Source of the DNA: a bacterium
GTDB taxonomy: Bacteria > Vulcanimicrobiota > JABDET01
Assembly (NCBI GenBank): GCA_021800275.1
Contig: JAJYZB010000013.1
Span: forward strand, 516 to 64,515
Length of the DNA stretch: 64,000 nucleotides
Reading direction: 5' to 3'
Shown here piece by piece: positions 59,660 to 64,000 of the stretch. The first letter of the stretch is position 1. Every line of letters begins with the position of its first letter. A program made the position numbers and the translations under genes. The notes beneath the pieces are model-generated. The model was not told the origin of the DNA, made no database searches, and saw only the letters and a program-made list of their open reading frames with translations.

Positions 59660-60255
59660 GCTATGTGGTTGGAATCACAGGAGCCAGCGGAGCTCCCTAT
59701 GCTCAAACTCTTCTCCGCTATTTTTATCAGAAGAAGATTTCCACCCATCTTCTCTTGACAAAAGCGTCTCTGCAGGTTATTAAGGAAGAAATTGATCTCG
59801 AGTTTGGCCCATCCCCTCAAGGCTGGAGGAAAGGGCTTGAAAAAATGATTGGCAGAGAGTATTTCAAACATATATGTCTTCATGATTTAGAGGACTGGCA
59901 TTCTCCTCTTGCCAGCGGCTCGTATAAAACAGATGCCATGATTATTATTCCCTGCAGTGTTCACACGCTTTCAGCTATTGCCACAGGACAGTCCAGCAAT
60001 CTCTTGGAACGGAGAGCTGACATCATGCTGAAAGAGAAAAAAACACTGGTGATTGTTTTTAGAGAGATGCCTTTAAATTCTATTCATTTAGAGCATTTGC
60101 TCAAATTGAGCCAGATGGGAGCTCATGTTCTTCCTGCAGCTCCAGGTTTTTATCATCATCCTAAAACCATTCAAGAGATGGTGGATTTTGTTATTGGAAG
60201 AGTTCTGGATGTGCTGGAAATTCCGAATGCTCTCTATAAAAGGTGGGGCGAATAG
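59656..60255 (+). CDS. ubiX: Flavin prenyltransferase
   Basis: VGITGASG, ASGS, PCS, NLLERRAD..LKE, REMPL, PAAPGFYH. Confidence 0.93.
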   Translation: MSYVVGITGASGAPYAQTLLRYFYQKKISTHLLLTKASLQVIKEEIDLEFGPSPQGWRKGLEKMIGREYFKHICLHDLEDWHSPLASGSYKTDAMIIIPCSVHTLSAIATGQSSNLLERRADIMLKEKKTLVIVFREMPLNSIHLEHLLKLSQMGAHVLPAAPGFYHHPKTIQEMVDFVIGRVLDVLEIPNALYKRWGE

Positions 60256-60273
60256 GGCTTTATTGATTCATTT

Positions 60274-62547
60274 TTAAAGCCACTTCAGCAGTTTGTCAGG
60301 AGTGATAGGGAGATCTCGAATCCTGATCCCTGTGGCATGATATACTGCATTGGCAGTGGCTGCAGCCACACCTGTGATCCCGATCTCGCCTAATCCTCGA
60401 ACTCCAAGTGAATTGAAGCGTGGATCGGGTTTATCAATGAAGTCTGCTTCAACAGCCGGGGAATCTGCCATAACCGGAATCAGATAATCGCATAAGTTAT
60501 CTGTGACCACTCTTCCTGTTCTGGGATCGTAAACTGTTTTTTCATGGAGCGCCATTCCTATTCCCATGATCATCCCTCCAATGGCTTGACTGCGAGCTGT
60601 TTTCTGGTTTAAAATCCTGCCAACATCAAAAACTCCGACCATTCTTGTGACTCGAATTTGACCTAGCAGCGGATGGACTTCCACCTCTGCAAACTGCGCT
60701 CCATGCGATTGCACTGTATATCCTTCTGCAGAATTATCAGGTTTTACAAAACTTTCTCCTTCAATATGGGAGAGGTTGTTTCTTTTTAGGATCTCTTCAA
60801 AAATTTCTGTTTTTGAAGGGTCATCTTGATAGACAAGTTTTCCATCTGCCGCATGAATTTTCTCTAAAGGGAGATGGTAAAGACAGGATGATGAGTCTTT
60901 GATGGAAATGTGGATCAAGGCTTCTATCGCTTTTTCTGCTGCTGATTTAACGGCTGGTCCTACACTGGCAGATGTCATAGAACCTCCTGAAACTGGAGCA
61001 GGAGGGTAGGATGAATCTCCGAGTTTAGAAACGATTCTATGGGGAGAGATCCTTAAAACTTCTGCTGCTATTTGTTTCATCGTGGTGTAGGTGCCTGTTC
61101 CCAAGTCTTGAGTCGCGCTTAATACCTCAGCCGTTCCATCTGATAAGATTTTTACTTTTGCTGCTCCCGGAGAACGAACTCCAGGGAACATTGCTGTCGC
61201 CATTCCAAGACCAACGAGAAAGCCTTTTCTTTTCATGGTTTTTGGTTTTGGATTTCGCTCTTTCCATCCGAAGATTTTAGAGCCGAGTTCATAACATTCT
61301 TTAATATGACTGTTTGACCAGGGTAGTTCCTCTTCAGGGCTTTTATCAGAAAGGTTGTTCAGTCGGAGTTCAATCGGATCTAAGTTTAAAGTGTATGACA
61401 GTTCATCCAGCAGAGATTCCAGAGCAAAAAGACCGGTGCATTCTCCAGGAGCCCGCATGAATGTTGGAGTTCCATGATTCAGGCGCACGACTTGATAGGA
61501 AACCAGGAGATTGGGGCAAGAGTAGATGCTCTGGGTTGGTCCTCCTGCAGCTTCTAAGAAATCATCCAGAAAAGAGGTTTGGGTGATCGTGTGATGTTTG
61601 ATGGCAGTGAGCTTTCCTTGTTTGGAGGAGCCTATGGATAACTCTTGATGGGTGGCCGGTCGGTGTCCAACTCCTGCAGCCATTTGGCTTCTAGATAGAA
61701 CGACTTTGACAGGGCGTTTCAGATGCATGGCTGTCATGGCAGCAAGCAGGGTATGGGGCCAGACAAATCCTTTGCAGCCAAATCCGCCCCCGACGAAATG
61801 GGAGATGATTCGCACTTTCTCTCTAGGAAGTCCAAGGGCATCAGCCACGACATTTCTCGCTCCTACCACCCACTGCGTAGATTCATAAAGGATCAGGTTA
61901 TCTCCATCCCAGACAGCGGTGCATGCGTGGGGTTCCATAGGATTGTGGTGTTCCACAGGAGTGGTGTAAACTGCTTTGAGCTGAACTTCTGTATTTGAAA
62001 AAGCTTTCTCAAAATTTCCTCTTATGACAGGAAGAGGGGTTCCCCAATTGTTGTCAGGGAAATAGGAATAAGGCAGCTCTTCTTCTGAATCAAGGGCAGA
62101 TCTTTCCTCTTTGCAGATGACTTTTATAAGACGGGCTGCTTCTTGAGCGATTTCGAGAGTTTCAGCAGCAGCTAGTCCGACATACTGTCCTGCATAATAA
62201 ATTTTTTTATCCTGGAGCGGGAATCTCCCTTCAGCCAGTTTTGTCGCGGTTCCAAAATCGTTTTGAATCGGGAAGATTTTTTTAGCATTTTCATGGGTCA
62301 GAATGAACAAAACTCCTGGAAGTTTTTCGGCTGCCTCAACCTCAAGTTTGATAAGACTTCCACTGGCAGCAGGACTGACAATAGGAACTCCATAAACCAT
62401 TCTCTCCAGCGGAAAATCAGCGGCGTACCGAGCTTTTCCTGTGGTTTTTAATTCTCCATCAGCCCTGTCTAAAGGAGCTCCTATCCACTGGACTGCCTTT
62501 GCCATTGTAGATTCTTTTGCTTTAGGTTCATTTATTTTGAGTGTCAT
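60274..62547 (-). CDS. Xanthine-dehydrogenase-family molybdopterin-binding subunit (PaoC/YagR-like)
   Basis: HHNPMEPH, VGGGFGCK, MRAPGE, QDLGTG, SGGS, GVRGLGEIG, RIRDLPIT. Confidence 0.93.
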   Translation of the reverse strand: MTLKINEPKAKESTMAKAVQWIGAPLDRADGELKTTGKARYAADFPLERMVYGVPIVSPAASGSLIKLEVEAAEKLPGVLFILTHENAKKIFPIQNDFGTATKLAEGRFPLQDKKIYYAGQYVGLAAAETLEIAQEAARLIKVICKEERSALDSEEELPYSYFPDNNWGTPLPVIRGNFEKAFSNTEVQLKAVYTTPVEHHNPMEPHACTAVWDGDNLILYESTQWVVGARNVVADALGLPREKVRIISHFVGGGFGCKGFVWPHTLLAAMTAMHLKRPVKVVLSRSQMAAGVGHRPATHQELSIGSSKQGKLTAIKHHTITQTSFLDDFLEAAGGPTQSIYSCPNLLVSYQVVRLNHGTPTFMRAPGECTGLFALESLLDELSYTLNLDPIELRLNNLSDKSPEEELPWSNSHIKECYELGSKIFGWKERNPKPKTMKRKGFLVGLGMATAMFPGVRSPGAAKVKILSDGTAEVLSATQDLGTGTYTTMKQIAAEVLRISPHRIVSKLGDSSYPPAPVSGGSMTSASVGPAVKSAAEKAIEALIHISIKDSSSCLYHLPLEKIHAADGKLVYQDDPSKTEIFEEILKRNNLSHIEGESFVKPDNSAEGYTVQSHGAQFAEVEVHPLLGQIRVTRMVGVFDVGRILNQKTARSQAIGGMIMGIGMALHEKTVYDPRTGRVVTDNLCDYLIPVMADSPAVEADFIDKPDPRFNSLGVRGLGEIGITGVAAATANAVYHATGIRIRDLPITPDKLLKWL

Positions 62548-62575
62548 GTTTTTCTACTATTTAAGATCATTTCAC

Positions 62576-63565
62576 TTATTCTTTTTTTGTTTTTGATGCT
62601 AGACTGAGGGCATGGAGTATCACCCGTTTAGCCAGTTCAACTTTAAATTCATTATCTTTTTTTGGTTTTGCCCCTTTGAGAGCAGTTTCTGCGCAGGTTT
62701 GAAAAAGTTTTTTAGAAGGGGTAGAATGGTGCAGCAGTTTTTCTGCTTCCGGAACACGCCAGGGCTTTACAGCAATTCCTCCTAAAGCAATGCGCGCTTT
62801 TTGGATTTGGTTTTGATTGAACTCCAGAACCACAGCCGCAGAAACTAAAGCAAACTCATAAGAAGATCGGTCTCTGACTTTCAGATAGCAGGTTCTGGTG
62901 CCTTCAGGAAGTTCTGGCAGATCCACTGCTGTGATGATCTCAGCAGGCTCAAGAGCTGTTTCTTTCCAGGGGGTGTTTTGTGGAAGAAGATAAAATTCGG
63001 TGATAGGCACAGTTCTTTTCTCCTTTTTTCCCTCTAGAACGATTTGGGCATCAAGGGCAGCAAGAGCCACACACATATCAGAAGGGTGTGTGGCTGAACA
63101 TGAATCGCTGATTCCAAGCACTGCATGGCTGCGGTGGTATCCATGTTCTGCTGAGCACCCGGTTCCAGGATTTCGTTTGCTGCAGGGAGAGATTCCATCC
63201 CTGAAATAAGTGCAGCGGGTGCGCTGCATTAGATTTCCCCCCACAGTCGCTTGATTTCTAATTTGGGGGGAGGCTCCAGAAAGAATGGCTTGAGATAAAA
63301 CTGGATACTCTTTTTGAATAGAAGGATGAAAAGCCAGATCACTGTTTCGAACTAGAGATCCAATTCTGAACCCTCCTGAGGGGAGAGTTTCAATTTGATT
63401 CAATGGGAGGGATTGAATATCCACGACAGCCGCAGGGTTCATGATTTCAAGGCGCATCATATCAATCAGATTTGTTCCTCCAGCCAGAATCACAGCCCCT
63501 GGTTCTTGAGTCAGATGAGAGGCTTCCTGAAGAGTTTTGATCCGGTGATATCTAAAGGGTTTCAC
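62576..63565 (-). CDS. Xanthine-dehydrogenase-family FAD subunit (PaoB/YagS-like, 4Fe-4S Cys insert)
   Basis: LAGGTNL, GASPQIRNQATVGGN, RC.YF..C.KR..G.GC...C.ATHPSD, KVRDRSSYEFA. Confidence 0.93.
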   Translation of the reverse strand: MKPFRYHRIKTLQEASHLTQEPGAVILAGGTNLIDMMRLEIMNPAAVVDIQSLPLNQIETLPSGGFRIGSLVRNSDLAFHPSIQKEYPVLSQAILSGASPQIRNQATVGGNLMQRTRCTYFRDGISPCSKRNPGTGCSAEHGYHRSHAVLGISDSCSATHPSDMCVALAALDAQIVLEGKKEKRTVPITEFYLLPQNTPWKETALEPAEIITAVDLPELPEGTRTCYLKVRDRSSYEFALVSAAVVLEFNQNQIQKARIALGGIAVKPWRVPEAEKLLHHSTPSKKLFQTCAETALKGAKPKKDNEFKVELAKRVILHALSLASKTKKE

Positions 63566-64000
63566 GAGTGGGAAGCCTTTTGAGGATTGAGAAGTTTTTG
63601 GTTCTCAAGAACTTCTTGGACAGCAGTCAGAATATTTGGATAAGCGCCGCAGCGGCAGAGGTTTCCACTCATCCCTTCTTTGATTCCTTCAGTGGTTCTT
63701 TCCCAGGGTTCATTTAAAAAACCTGCGGCAGATAGGATCTGTCCTGGTGTGCAGTATCCGCACTGCAGCGCATCATGTGAAATAAAAGCCTTTTGGAGAG
63801 GATGAAGAGAATTGGAAGAAGACAGTCCTTCAATCGTTGTGATTGACTTTTGGTCTGCTGATGCAGCCAGAATCAGACAGGAGTTGACCCGCTTCCCATC
63901 TAGAAGAATGGTGCAGGTTCCACACTGTCCGTGATCACATCCTTTTTTTGTGCCTGTCAAGTGGAGCTCTTCCCGAAGGAGATCCAGAAGAGTTGTTCTG
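63562..64000 (-). CDS. (2Fe-2S) subunit (PaoA/YagT-like), 5' end outside the window
   Basis: RTTLLDLLRE..TGTKKGCDHGQCGTC..NSCL, QCGYCTPG, NLCRC. Confidence 0.93.
   Translation of the reverse strand, partial: RTTLLDLLREELHLTGTKKGCDHGQCGTCTILLDGKRVNSCLILAASADQKSITTIEGLSSSNSLHPLQKAFISHDALQCGYCTPGQILSAAGFLNEPWERTTEGIKEGMSGNLCRCGAYPNILTAVQEVLENQKLLNPQKASHS

Overview
Bacterial chromosomal segment, AT-rich by eye (roughly 40% G+C, not computed) and densely coding. The gene set points to a diderm member of the Terrabacteria: a Bacillus-like mcsB-clpC-radA-PIN/TRAM block and a GerMN-amidase-murI-rph block sit alongside a TonB-dependent receptor and AMIN domains. Eremiobacterota/Armatimonadota-like is my guess; this is inference only. 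Housekeeping content includes pabB/pabC, murI, rph, hslO, prfA, rpmE, tRNA-fMet, RND and ABC-2 exporters, an M16 peptidase pair, RNase E/G, GH15, treY, xfp, ubiA/ubiX and a PaoABC-like molybdoenzyme. The most unusual items are: (1) a 951-aa PRTase-AMMECR1-AMMECR1-alpha/alpha-toroid fusion, divergent from a Zn-finger methyltransferase and abutting pabBC; (2) two paralogous small Gly/Ser/Gln-rich proteins after rph, each with its own near-consensus promoter and sharing a 43-aa core (35/43 identical); (3) a 4.5-kb scrapyard of nuclease and toxin-antitoxin pieces, including a scrambled AAA/PD-(D/E)XK gene and an NTase plus wHTH pair; (4) McsB with Tyr at the catalytic Cys position and no ctsR/mcsA; (5) an uncharacterised four-gene membrane module; (6) an unannotated 44-aa sORF with its own promoter and RBS. 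All family calls are from motif recognition by eye; no searches were run.
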